Of a stretch of 18,257 nucleotides of DNA, positions 6,769 through 14,312 are shown piece after piece. The first letter of the stretch is position 1. Each line of letters starts with the position of its first letter. Under the pieces are notes generated by a model. The model searched no databases, was not told the origin of the DNA, and saw only the letters and a program-made list of their open reading frames with translations. Source of the DNA: a virus (taxonomy: Duplodnaviria > Heunggongvirae > Uroviricota > Caudoviricetes); the IMG/VR virus record IMGVR_UViG_3300016674_000066, one strand, 5' to 3'. A program made the translations under genes and the position numbers.

Positions 6769-7713
6769 ATGGCGCTTCAATCCTCTGGACCGATCAGCAT
6801 CGGGAACATCAACACTGAGTTCGGCTTTGCTGCGACAACCCCGCGAAGCCTGAGTCAGCTGTACCGCAACGGCGGCATCGTCGGCGCAGGTGCGCCCAAC
6901 GTCCCAACCTCTGGCCCCATCAGTCTGAGTCAGTTCTACGGTGCGGCAAACCAGTTCATCTTTGCGATCACCACCAACCAAACCAACCTTGACCTGCGCG
7001 CCGCCGCGCTGGCGGCTGGATGGGATGGCAACGCGCCACTGATCGCCACGATCAATAACGGCATCTACGTCACCTCAAGCGCAACAGGCACACCGGCGCT
7101 GACAATCAGCGGGTCTTTTCCTGGCGGCGTGAGCCTGACGAACAACGGCTACATCATCGGCATGGGCGGTGCAGGCGGTGGTGGCGGCGGCGATTGGTGG
7201 TCTCTTGCTGCCAATGCTGGTGGCGCTGGCGGTGTTGCGCTGTCTGTGGCATCCCCGGCCACAATCAACAACACCAATACCATTGCTGGTGGTGGTGGTG
7301 GCGGCGGCGGTGGTGGTGGTAAGGCTTACTTCGCATCGGATGGTAAGACGACCAACTACACCTCGGCATCAGGTGCTGGTGGTGGCGGCGGTCGGTCAGG
7401 GAACACCAACTCTGCTGGCGGCTTCGGCGCATATAGACGCTGGTATGGCTCCAACCTTGGCACTACAAACAACGGATATAACGGAACCCTGACTGCAGCA
7501 GGTGCCGGCGGTACTGGCGCTCCCACGCCTCAAGGCGGTAACGGTGGCGCGGGCGGCAACTGGGGTACTGCTGGCGCGGCAGGTGCGGCAGGCGTTGACG
7601 GAGGATCAACCCATGCCGGGGGCGGCGCTGGTGCCGCCGGTGCGGCCGTCGCTGGTAACGCAAACATCACCTGGGTGAACACAGGCACTCGTCTCGGAGC
7701 AATCAACACATGA
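6769..7713 (+). CDS. Glycine-rich receptor-recognition adhesin, T-even gp38-like (314 aa)
   Basis: Multiple polyglycine motifs (11 Gly codons at 7288-7320), NNGYIIGMGGAGG, and the C-terminus GAAGAAVAGNANITWVNTGTRLGA, which matches the gp38 pattern. Follows an S74-bearing fibre. Confidence 0.8.
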   Translation: MALQSSGPISIGNINTEFGFAATTPRSLSQLYRNGGIVGAGAPNVPTSGPISLSQFYGAANQFIFAITTNQTNLDLRAAALAAGWDGNAPLIATINNGIYVTSSATGTPALTISGSFPGGVSLTNNGYIIGMGGAGGGGGGDWWSLAANAGGAGGVALSVASPATINNTNTIAGGGGGGGGGGGKAYFASDGKTTNYTSASGAGGGGGRSGNTNSAGGFGAYRRWYGSNLGTTNNGYNGTLTAAGAGGTGAPTPQGGNGGAGGNWGTAGAAGAAGVDGGSTHAGGGAGAAGAAVAGNANITWVNTGTRLGAINT

Positions 7714-8306
7714 GCAACATTCAGTACACCTACGAAATCATCAACGTCAATCCGGCCGCCAAGGCCATGGAGATCGTCTACAGGTCCGAGGGCCGGGAGA
7801 CGATGCACATTGGCGCACGCATGCCGTACGTCGGAGAGTCTCTGGAGTCCATCGTTCAGATGTTCTCCCCGGTAGCCCTCTGGCTTGAGCGGGAGATGGA
7901 GGTTACCGATGTTGAGGTGGGTGCCACTGGCGCAATCATTCCTCCTTCGGTGGATATGAGCCTCTCCGCCGTGAAGGCTCGCAAGCTGGATGAGCTCGCC
8001 GAGGCCCGTTGGCGCCATGAGACATCCGGCGTCCTGGTTGGCGGCGTTCGCATCAAGACGGACCGCGAGAGCCAGGGCACCATCAGCGGCGCCTACTCAA
8101 CCCTGAAGGACGGCCTTGTCCCGTACATCGACTGGAAGGCTGATGGCGGGCAGTGGGTCCAGGTCACCCTGGCAGAGCTGACCCCTATCGCTCAGGCGGT
8201 GGCTGTCCACGTCCAGGGCGCATTCAGCCTGGAGCGCCAGCTTTCTGAACAGGTTCAGGCGGCCACCACGGTCGAGGAAGTGCAGGCAGTCGCATGGCCG
8301 CAGTAA
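7710..8306 (+). CDS. DUF4376-family tail fibre assembly protein with an extra N-terminal domain
   Basis: C-terminal half: IKTDRESQGTISGA ... IDWKADGGQWVQVT ... AVAVHVQGAFSLERQL ... AATTVEEVQAVAW. ATGA overlap with the adhesin gene. Confidence 0.75.
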   Translation: MSNIQYTYEIINVNPAAKAMEIVYRSEGRETMHIGARMPYVGESLESIVQMFSPVALWLEREMEVTDVEVGATGAIIPPSVDMSLSAVKARKLDELAEARWRHETSGVLVGGVRIKTDRESQGTISGAYSTLKDGLVPYIDWKADGGQWVQVTLAELTPIAQAVAVHVQGAFSLERQLSEQVQAATTVEEVQAVAWPQ

Positions 8307-9175
8307 AGCTCAGGGTTCCGCCGCGTGACGGCGTGATGCTCAGTAGCTACCTGCCGAGCATTCGGCGCCTCGGCGCATCTGTCGTGCTTGCCAATCCGTC
8401 TGATGCAGTCCTTTCGCTGTCCGATGCCGGGGCCTACGCCGTGGCTGGTCATCCGCGCTTCATGTCGCTCGACGCGCTCGAGACCGTGCTCCGCCGCGAC
8501 CGCCTGCATGAGACCGGCCTAGCCACGCTGCAGACCATTCGGGTTGACTCGCCGGAGAGCGCTCCAGCTGGAATGTTTGTCAAGGCAAACAATTCTGCTC
8601 GACCTAATGACGGATGGGTTGCTCAGCCTCACCTGGGCTTCCCGCAGATCGACCTTGACGTGAGCTTCTCTGTTGGGCCGGATGGCTCTGTGCGCCCGTT
8701 TGCCGTCATGCGCCTGACACACCTGGATGCGAAGCAGCCTGGCAACACGCAGATGGCGAGCGCGGAAGATGCGGCCTGGGCGCTAGATGCGCTTGCTGAT
8801 GCCTGTGAACGCCTTGGTATTCGTGGCGGCATCCATAATGTGCAGTTTCTTTGGTACGAGGATGAGTGGCGCGTCATCGACTGGAACCCGCGCCCAGCTT
8901 TCGTGCATACCGAGGGCCTGGCCGCCATGGGCGACTACATGGACCGAGCTCTTGCGCACATGCTTGGCCTACAGATCCCCGAGGGCGAAGACCCGGTGTT
9001 CGAGACCCGTGGCTACTGGGACAAGCCTGTGCCCGCATCGCTCGAGCCAGAGCTGCGCCGCATTGGCCTGCTGCCTCGTCGCAAGATGGGTCAGGCCTAC
9101 TTCAACCGCGTGAGTGGCGTCGGCACAGCCGATGAGCTCGCCAACAAGTTCAACCAACTGGAAAACCTTCTGTGA
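8294..9175 (+). CDS. Minimal/degenerate ATP-grasp fold protein (293 aa)
   Basis: MFVK, WVAQPHL and GGIHNVQF...RVIDWNPR (8837-8893), similar to the NVQF...IEVNPR motif of carbamoyl-phosphate-synthetase-like ATP-grasp domains. Confidence 0.65.
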   Translation: MAAVKLRVPPRDGVMLSSYLPSIRRLGASVVLANPSDAVLSLSDAGAYAVAGHPRFMSLDALETVLRRDRLHETGLATLQTIRVDSPESAPAGMFVKANNSARPNDGWVAQPHLGFPQIDLDVSFSVGPDGSVRPFAVMRLTHLDAKQPGNTQMASAEDAAWALDALADACERLGIRGGIHNVQFLWYEDEWRVIDWNPRPAFVHTEGLAAMGDYMDRALAHMLGLQIPEGEDPVFETRGYWDKPVPASLEPELRRIGLLPRRKMGQAYFNRVSGVGTADELANKFNQLENLL

Positions 9176-10017
9176 TCTTTCGCGCTCTTGCTGTTCTGCT
9201 TCTGACCATCTCAACTGCGCTGGCCTCGCCACTGACACTGGTGACGACGTCTGGGCCTGGCTCGCTTAGCGATACCGCTGCGCGCTACTTCGCGCCGCTG
9301 TTGGAGAGGGAGCTTGGCAGGCCGGTTGTCGTGCAGAACGCTCCTGGTGCCATGGGTCTGGTTGGCATGCGTGCCTACCAGCAGATGCCGCACGACGGCA
9401 ACGCGCTTCTCATCGGCGGCACCCAGGTGCCCTACGTGGCGAAGGTCATGGCGCCCAGCGACTTCGACCCCATGGTCGCCTTCGAGCCCCTGCACGGCCT
9501 GTCGTACGCGCGCCAGCAGATCCTGGTGCCATCCGCATCTCCGGTGAAGACGGCGGCAGACCTGGCCAAGCTACAGCGCAAGAAGGGCGCGCTCAACGGC
9601 GGAAGCTCGCACCCGTCCACCCAGACGTCGATGGAGCTGCTGGATGCCATCACTGGCGCAAAGACCACTGTCGTCAACTACAAGCAGAGCGCGCAGCTGG
9701 CCACTGAGCTGGCCGTCGGCATCATCGACTACACCATCGGCGCCAAGGGCAACAGCGCGACCGCTGGCTTCGTAGCCAATGGCATGCTGCGCGTCGTCGC
9801 AGACCTGCGAGACCTGGGCGTGGAGGAGTTCTCATGGACCGGGTTCTTCATCCATGCGGATGCACCGGATGCCGCCAAGCGCCGTCTGATCGCCGCCATC
9901 GACAAGGTGATGTATTCCCCTGAGGCAGCCAGGTTCCACCAGGAGCGATACCTCCTGAGTGCGAGCGGGCTGCGTCGCCAAATGCAGCGCGAGTTCGACC
10001 TGATCCCCGCACCATGA
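9172..10017 (+). CDS. Bug/TctC-family (tripartite tricarboxylate transporter) periplasmic substrate-binding protein, shortened (281 aa)
   Basis: Sec signal MIFRALAVLLLTISTALA|S. Family motifs PGSLSDTAARYFA..LERELGRPVVVQNAPGAMG.VG......HDGNALL, FDP...FEP, SPVKT..DL, VNYK, GMLRVVA, SWTGFF..A..PD....RL. Confidence 0.88.
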   Translation: MIFRALAVLLLTISTALASPLTLVTTSGPGSLSDTAARYFAPLLERELGRPVVVQNAPGAMGLVGMRAYQQMPHDGNALLIGGTQVPYVAKVMAPSDFDPMVAFEPLHGLSYARQQILVPSASPVKTAADLAKLQRKKGALNGGSSHPSTQTSMELLDAITGAKTTVVNYKQSAQLATELAVGIIDYTIGAKGNSATAGFVANGMLRVVADLRDLGVEEFSWTGFFIHADAPDAAKRRLIAAIDKVMYSPEAARFHQERYLLSASGLRRQMQREFDLIPAP

Positions 10018-10274
10018 AGAACTTTCTCTGGCAACTTCTGATCGCAATCGACCAGCTGGCCAACGTTTTGTTGCTTGGCCACGCCGATGAGACGCTGTCC
10101 GCACGCGCCTGGCGCACGGAGCAGAAGGGCCGGATTTTCGGGCGGATCACTCGCCCAGTGATTGACGTGCTGGCCATCGTTCTCACGCTTGGCTATGACG
10201 ACAACCACTGCTATGAATCGTATATGTCGGAGATGCAGCGACGCCAGCTGCCTGCCGCCTACGCCAAGGACTGA
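10014..10274 (+). CDS. Small conserved phage hypothetical protein (86 aa)
   Basis: ATGA overlap. Pattern LIAIDQL.N....G..DET.SAR ... ID ... HC..SY..E is a recurring small phage family of unknown function. Confidence 0.7.
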   Translation: MKNFLWQLLIAIDQLANVLLLGHADETLSARAWRTEQKGRIFGRITRPVIDVLAIVLTLGYDDNHCYESYMSEMQRRQLPAAYAKD

Positions 10275-10276
10275 CC

Positions 10277-12289
10277 ATGGTAGCCATCAACTTCAAGGCC
10301 TTTCGCGGCGAGGTGCCGCGCATAAGTGATCGGCTGCTGCAGCCCAATCAGGCCACCCAGGCCATGAACTGCAAGATCACGTCCGGCCGCCTTGATCCGC
10401 TGTATGGCCTTGGCATCGTGTTCACGAGCAACGCGAACATCAAGAAGTTCTCGAGGTATCGGCACTTCCCGGATGGTCAGCAGGTCGACAACTGGCTGAC
10501 ATGGGGTGTCGATGTCGACATGGTCTTGTCTCCATTGGCAAACGATACCGACGGGAAGTTCTACTTCTCCTCGGAATCTTTTGAGCCAAGGATGGGCACC
10601 TACGCGACCGCGATTCAGTCCGCTCCGTACCCGAGCGCATGGTATGTCCTGGGTGTGCCGAGTCCGACGACGAAGCCGACCGTGAGCGCCACCGGCGGCG
10701 TTGGCGGCAACGAGACCAGGGGCTATGCCTACACGTTCGTGACGGCGCTTGGCGAAGAGTCTGGCCCGTCGCCCGCCGAGGTGGTCACTGGCAAGACCGA
10801 TGGCTCGTGGAGCCTCAGCGCCCTGCAGACGGCGCCACCGAACTCCGGGACCATCACGGCTGCAACATCACTCATCAGCGGCAGGGTGAGGGTGACGCTC
10901 AACACGGTTTTTGGCCTGTCCCAGTACGACACGATCACGATCTCAGGCGTATCCGGCATGACGGACCTCAATGGGTCTCACCGCATCCTGGAGGTCAACC
11001 AGACGAGCAACTACATCGAGGTGTTGCTCCTGACGGCTCAGACGTACACCAGTGGCGGCAGCTGGACGCGCAACGCGCCGCACAACACCACTGGCATGAC
11101 GAAGCGGATCTACCGCAGCGCCGGCACGGCAGGGCAATTCCTGTTTGTTGATGAGATCCCTGTTGCGCAGACAACTTACTCCGACACCAAGCTCGGCACC
11201 CAGCTTGGTGAGCTGCTGCCGACAATCGACACGCTGCCGCCGCCCAAGAACCTGACGAGCCTGATTGCCCTCCCGAACGGCTGTCTCGCTGGCCTGGCGG
11301 ACAACGAGCTGTGCTTCAGCGACCCGTACATGCCGTACTCGTGGCCCATGGGCAACCGGTACTCTTTCAGCGGTCGCGGTGTTGCAGCTGTGCCGGCAGG
11401 GAACTCGGTGATCGTGCTGACCGACTCATTCCCCATCCTGTTCACTGGGTCCGACCCGGAGGCCATGTCGCCGTCCGTCGTTGAGACGTACGCACCGTGC
11501 GTCAGCAAGCGAGGCGTCGCGAACGTTGGCGGTGGCTGCCTGTACCCCAGCTTTGATGGCCTGTGGGTTGTGGCGCCGGGCCGAGTCGAGAGGCTCACCA
11601 AACAGCTCTACCGAGAGGAAGAGTGGTCCGAGCTCGCGCCATCGTCGTTTGATGCTGTATTCCACGATGGAAAGTACTACGCCTACTTCCAGACTGACGC
11701 GCTCATCCCTGGGAAAATGTGGGTGCTTGACATCAGCGAGCCCGATGGCGTCACCTTTGTTGACGAGCGGGCGGACGCACTCTACAGAAACGAGACGGAC
11801 GGGAAGCTCTACCTCGCCAAAGGGAAGAGCCTGTACCAGTGGGACTCGAATGCTGGCCAGCGCTACGAGAGCGACTGGGTCAGTGCGACGATCCAACTGC
11901 CAAGGCCCACCAACTTCGCTGTGGCCCAGGTGCATGCCGACTTCGGTCAAATCGTCCCGCCGGACACCACGCAGATTGATGCAAACGCCGCGCTGATTGC
12001 GCAGGGTGCCGATGCAGTTGCCGGCCACATGAATGGTCACGAGCTGCTGGCGTTTGAGCTGCATGGATCGAACATCATCCCGGTGATTCAGGACGCGCCG
12101 CGTAAGGTGCAGTTCACGCTATTTAAAGATGGCGAGCCAGTCTTTACTAAGCAGGTGGTGTCGAGCACGCCTTTTAGGCTTCCGGCTGGCTACAGGTCCG
12201 AGGTCTTCAACGTCGGCCTGAACGCATCCATCTCGGCGTACTCGGTGGCCATTGCTGAATCCACGGCAGAGCTTGCCCAGCAGCCATGA
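10277..12289 (+). CDS. Tail tubular protein B / nozzle-like protein (T7 gp12 / P22 gp10 analogue, 670 aa)
   Basis: N-terminus F.GEVPRI..RLL.PNQA..A.NC....G.L.P; beta-propeller-like composition (LCFSDPY.P.SWP, CVSKR, LYPS.DGL); size and position just ahead of the ejection genes. Confidence 0.7.
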   Translation: MVAINFKAFRGEVPRISDRLLQPNQATQAMNCKITSGRLDPLYGLGIVFTSNANIKKFSRYRHFPDGQQVDNWLTWGVDVDMVLSPLANDTDGKFYFSSESFEPRMGTYATAIQSAPYPSAWYVLGVPSPTTKPTVSATGGVGGNETRGYAYTFVTALGEESGPSPAEVVTGKTDGSWSLSALQTAPPNSGTITAATSLISGRVRVTLNTVFGLSQYDTITISGVSGMTDLNGSHRILEVNQTSNYIEVLLLTAQTYTSGGSWTRNAPHNTTGMTKRIYRSAGTAGQFLFVDEIPVAQTTYSDTKLGTQLGELLPTIDTLPPPKNLTSLIALPNGCLAGLADNELCFSDPYMPYSWPMGNRYSFSGRGVAAVPAGNSVIVLTDSFPILFTGSDPEAMSPSVVETYAPCVSKRGVANVGGGCLYPSFDGLWVVAPGRVERLTKQLYREEEWSELAPSSFDAVFHDGKYYAYFQTDALIPGKMWVLDISEPDGVTFVDERADALYRNETDGKLYLAKGKSLYQWDSNAGQRYESDWVSATIQLPRPTNFAVAQVHADFGQIVPPDTTQIDANAALIAQGADAVAGHMNGHELLAFELHGSNIIPVIQDAPRKVQFTLFKDGEPVFTKQVVSSTPFRLPAGYRSEVFNVGLNASISAYSVAIAESTAELAQQP

Positions 12290-12480
12290 CGAAGTCCGCC
12301 ATTCCATCCGTCCTCACTGGCAAGACCGACCTCGACCGGGCGCTCTCTGCCATCAAGCAAAACCTGGATGCCATCACAGGCCAGGCACGCAACGTACAGA
12401 AGCTCGAGCCGCTACCAGCGGATGCCACGCTTGATCAGGTGATCGAGCGGCTCAACGAGATCGTCGCTCGCCTACAGTAA
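12286..12480 (+). CDS. Small helical virion-associated hypothetical protein (64 aa)
   Basis: ATGA overlap with the nozzle gene; amphipathic C-terminal helix LDQVIERLNEIVARLQ. Confidence 0.65.
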   Translation: MTKSAIPSVLTGKTDLDRALSAIKQNLDAITGQARNVQKLEPLPADATLDQVIERLNEIVARLQ

Positions 12481-12485
12481 GCCCG

Positions 12486-12531
12486 GGCAACATTTCTCCC
12501 GCTGCGCCACACGGGCAACTAAAATGTTGCC
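12486..12531. promoter_or_regulatory. Intergenic 10-bp perfect inverted repeat GGCAACATTT...AAATGTTGCC overlapping a -10-like TAAAAT
   Basis: Arms at 12486-95 and 12522-31; TAAAAT at 12520-25; direct repeat CGGGCAAC at 12484 and 12512. The repeats are certain, the function is not. Confidence 0.4.
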
Positions 12532-12553
12532 TGTAGTTTTCTTGCGCCGAGAA

Positions 12554-12967
12554 ATGTCAACATCCATCATCTTCGACTCGGAAAAGGTCTGGCAGTTTGT
12601 CAACAGCCTGGCCGGAGCTCCCCGTCGCGAAGGTATGCAGGGGATTGGGCTTGAGAGGGATGGCAACCTGATCGCGGGCGTGATGTACGAAGGCTTCACT
12701 GGCCACAACATCTGGATGCATGTGGCTGCCGAGCCTGGCGGCCAGTGGCTCAACAGGAAGTACCTCAAGACCTGCTTCGCATACCCATTCCTGCAGCTTG
12801 GATGCAAGCGGGTCAGCGGCTGGGTTGAGGCGAGCAACGAGCAGGCCAGGCGCTTTGACGAGCACCTCGGGTTCAAGAAAGAGGCAGTTTTGCAAGGCGC
12901 CGCCAGAGATGGTGGCGACGTGTTTGCCTACGTGATGTGGCGCGATGAGTGCCGTTTTTTAAGGTGA
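12554..12967 (+). CDS. Phage GNAT-family acetyltransferase (positionally T7 gp13-like)
   Basis: IG.ERDG.LIAGV.YE, WLNR.YL...FAYPF.QLGCKRV.G.VEASNE.ARRF.EHLGF..EA.L. Start placed at ATG 12554; ATG 12524 lies inside the inverted repeat and is an alternative. Confidence 0.85.
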   Translation: MSTSIIFDSEKVWQFVNSLAGAPRREGMQGIGLERDGNLIAGVMYEGFTGHNIWMHVAAEPGGQWLNRKYLKTCFAYPFLQLGCKRVSGWVEASNEQARRFDEHLGFKKEAVLQGAARDGGDVFAYVMWRDECRFLR

Positions 12968-12971
12968 AGCC

Positions 12972-13988
12972 ATGGGCGACAAATCAAGCGGGGCTCCGGC
13001 TCCAGACCCGCGACTGATCGAAGCGCAAATCAAGTCCTTGGGCGTGCAGGATGATCTCATGAAAAGGATCGTCGAAAACTCCGAGGCCATGCTGCCGCTG
13101 CAGAAGGCGCAGATGGAGTTTGGGCTTGATGCCTCCAAGACTGCATACCAGCAGTCCCAAGAGGACCGCGCCTGGATGCTCGACCGCAGGGGGAGCCTGG
13201 GTGAGATGCAGGACCAGCTCATCAATGACGCGAAGTCCTTCAACGAGGGTGCGCGCGGCGAGCAGTTGGCTGGTCGCGCCGTTGCTGACGTCAATGCCGC
13301 GACGAGCAATCAGACGCAGCAGATGCAGCGGAACATGACCCGCATGGGCGTAAACCCCAACAGCGGGAAGTTTGCCTCTGCTGCCAACGCGAACTCCGTT
13401 GCTGCTGCCTCGATGCAGGCTGGCGCCGCAAACAATGCGCGCGAGGCCGCCCGGAAAGAAGGCTACGCACTGACCGATCGTGCAACCAACGCGCTGGCGG
13501 GTTACCCGGCCATGGGTATGTCGGCCACCGGGCAGGGCGCAGGCTTTGGCGGCATGGGTCTGCAGCTCGCCAACCAGGGTGCAGCAGGCATGAATGCTGG
13601 CCTCGGCATGGCATCAAACATTGCAGGGCAGAGCGCCCAGGGCTACGGCAACGCCTGGAACCAGCAGAACAACGCATACCAAGCCGGTCAGGCGGCAGAC
13701 GCATCCGCAAGCGCTGGCCTTGGCCAGGCCGTTGGCACGCTTGGCATGCTGGCCTTCATGTCAGACCCGCGCCTCAAAGAGGATGTTGAGCGCGTCGGCA
13801 AGGACGAAGAGACTGGCCTCAACATCTACGAGTTCGATTACAAGGGCGACAAGAGCGACAGTCGCTACCAGGGCGTCATGGCCGACGAGGTTGAGAAGAA
13901 GTACCCCGAGGCGGTGGTTGAGACGGACAGCGGCTTCAAGGCCGTCAATTATGGGGCCCTTGGCCTTCGCATGAAGAAAGTGAGCTAA
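12972..13988 (+). CDS. Internal virion/DNA-ejection protein (gp14/gp7-like) with a C-terminal S74-like domain
   Basis: MGDKSSGAPAPDP start; A/G/Q/N/M-rich body. SDPRLK (S264 at 13761) ... GLNIYEFDYK ... YQGVMADEV ... PEAV ... KAVNY. Confidence 0.75.
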   Translation: MGDKSSGAPAPDPRLIEAQIKSLGVQDDLMKRIVENSEAMLPLQKAQMEFGLDASKTAYQQSQEDRAWMLDRRGSLGEMQDQLINDAKSFNEGARGEQLAGRAVADVNAATSNQTQQMQRNMTRMGVNPNSGKFASAANANSVAAASMQAGAANNAREAARKEGYALTDRATNALAGYPAMGMSATGQGAGFGGMGLQLANQGAAGMNAGLGMASNIAGQSAQGYGNAWNQQNNAYQAGQAADASASAGLGQAVGTLGMLAFMSDPRLKEDVERVGKDEETGLNIYEFDYKGDKSDSRYQGVMADEVEKKYPEAVVETDSGFKAVNYGALGLRMKKVS

Positions 13989-13991
13989 ACA

Positions 13992-14312
13992 ATGAAAGCT
14001 GGAATGTTTTTGGCGGGCCTCGGCTCCGGTGTTGCGCAGGGTTACATGCTTGGCAAAGCCGCCAAGAAGATGGATGCCAGAGCTCCTGGCGATCTTGCTC
14101 CAGTGAGTGACGCGAAGGTGACGCCCGTGGAGAGCGCGAGCGGCGCAAACGCTGTGGCCGACACGGCGCCGGACGCCACGCCTGCCGTTGATACAACTCC
14201 CGCTGCGGATGCCGCTGTCACTCCGCCGAAGAAAAAGGTGGGCACCGGCACGACGCAAGAAGACCTCGTGAGCGAGGCCGAGCAGTACAAGAAGGAATGG
14301 GGTGTCGCATGA
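13992..14312 (+). CDS. Small internal virion protein (106 aa): amphipathic N-terminus, Ala/Pro/Thr/Asp linker
   Basis: Starts 3 nt after the previous stop; its TGA overlaps the next ATG; composition fits an ejection locus. Confidence 0.65.
   Translation: MKAGMFLAGLGSGVAQGYMLGKAAKKMDARAPGDLAPVSDAKVTPVESASGANAVADTAPDATPAVDTTPAADAAVTPPKKKVGTGTTQEDLVSEAEQYKKEWGVA

Noticed and set aside
7288-7320. GGT/GGC tract as a phase-variation switch
   Set aside because: Mixed triplets encoding structural polyglycine; slippage would keep the frame.
9172-10274. Complete TctABC transporter or host chromosomal island
   Set aside because: No multi-pass TctA/TctB gene. The 86-aa ORF has only a short hydrophobic N-terminus and phage-family motifs, and both flanks are phage structural genes.
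5615-12500. TTCTCCC shared by the two intergenic gaps as a phage promoter motif
   Set aside because: Only 7 bp, with inconsistent spacing to the -10-like hexamers.
3004-14308. ORF-track starts at 3004, 3585, 4693, 12524 and 14297
   Set aside because: Downstream ATGs (3016, 3600, 4708, 14309) give stop/start overlaps. 12554 is preferred on homology-like N-terminus but is less certain.
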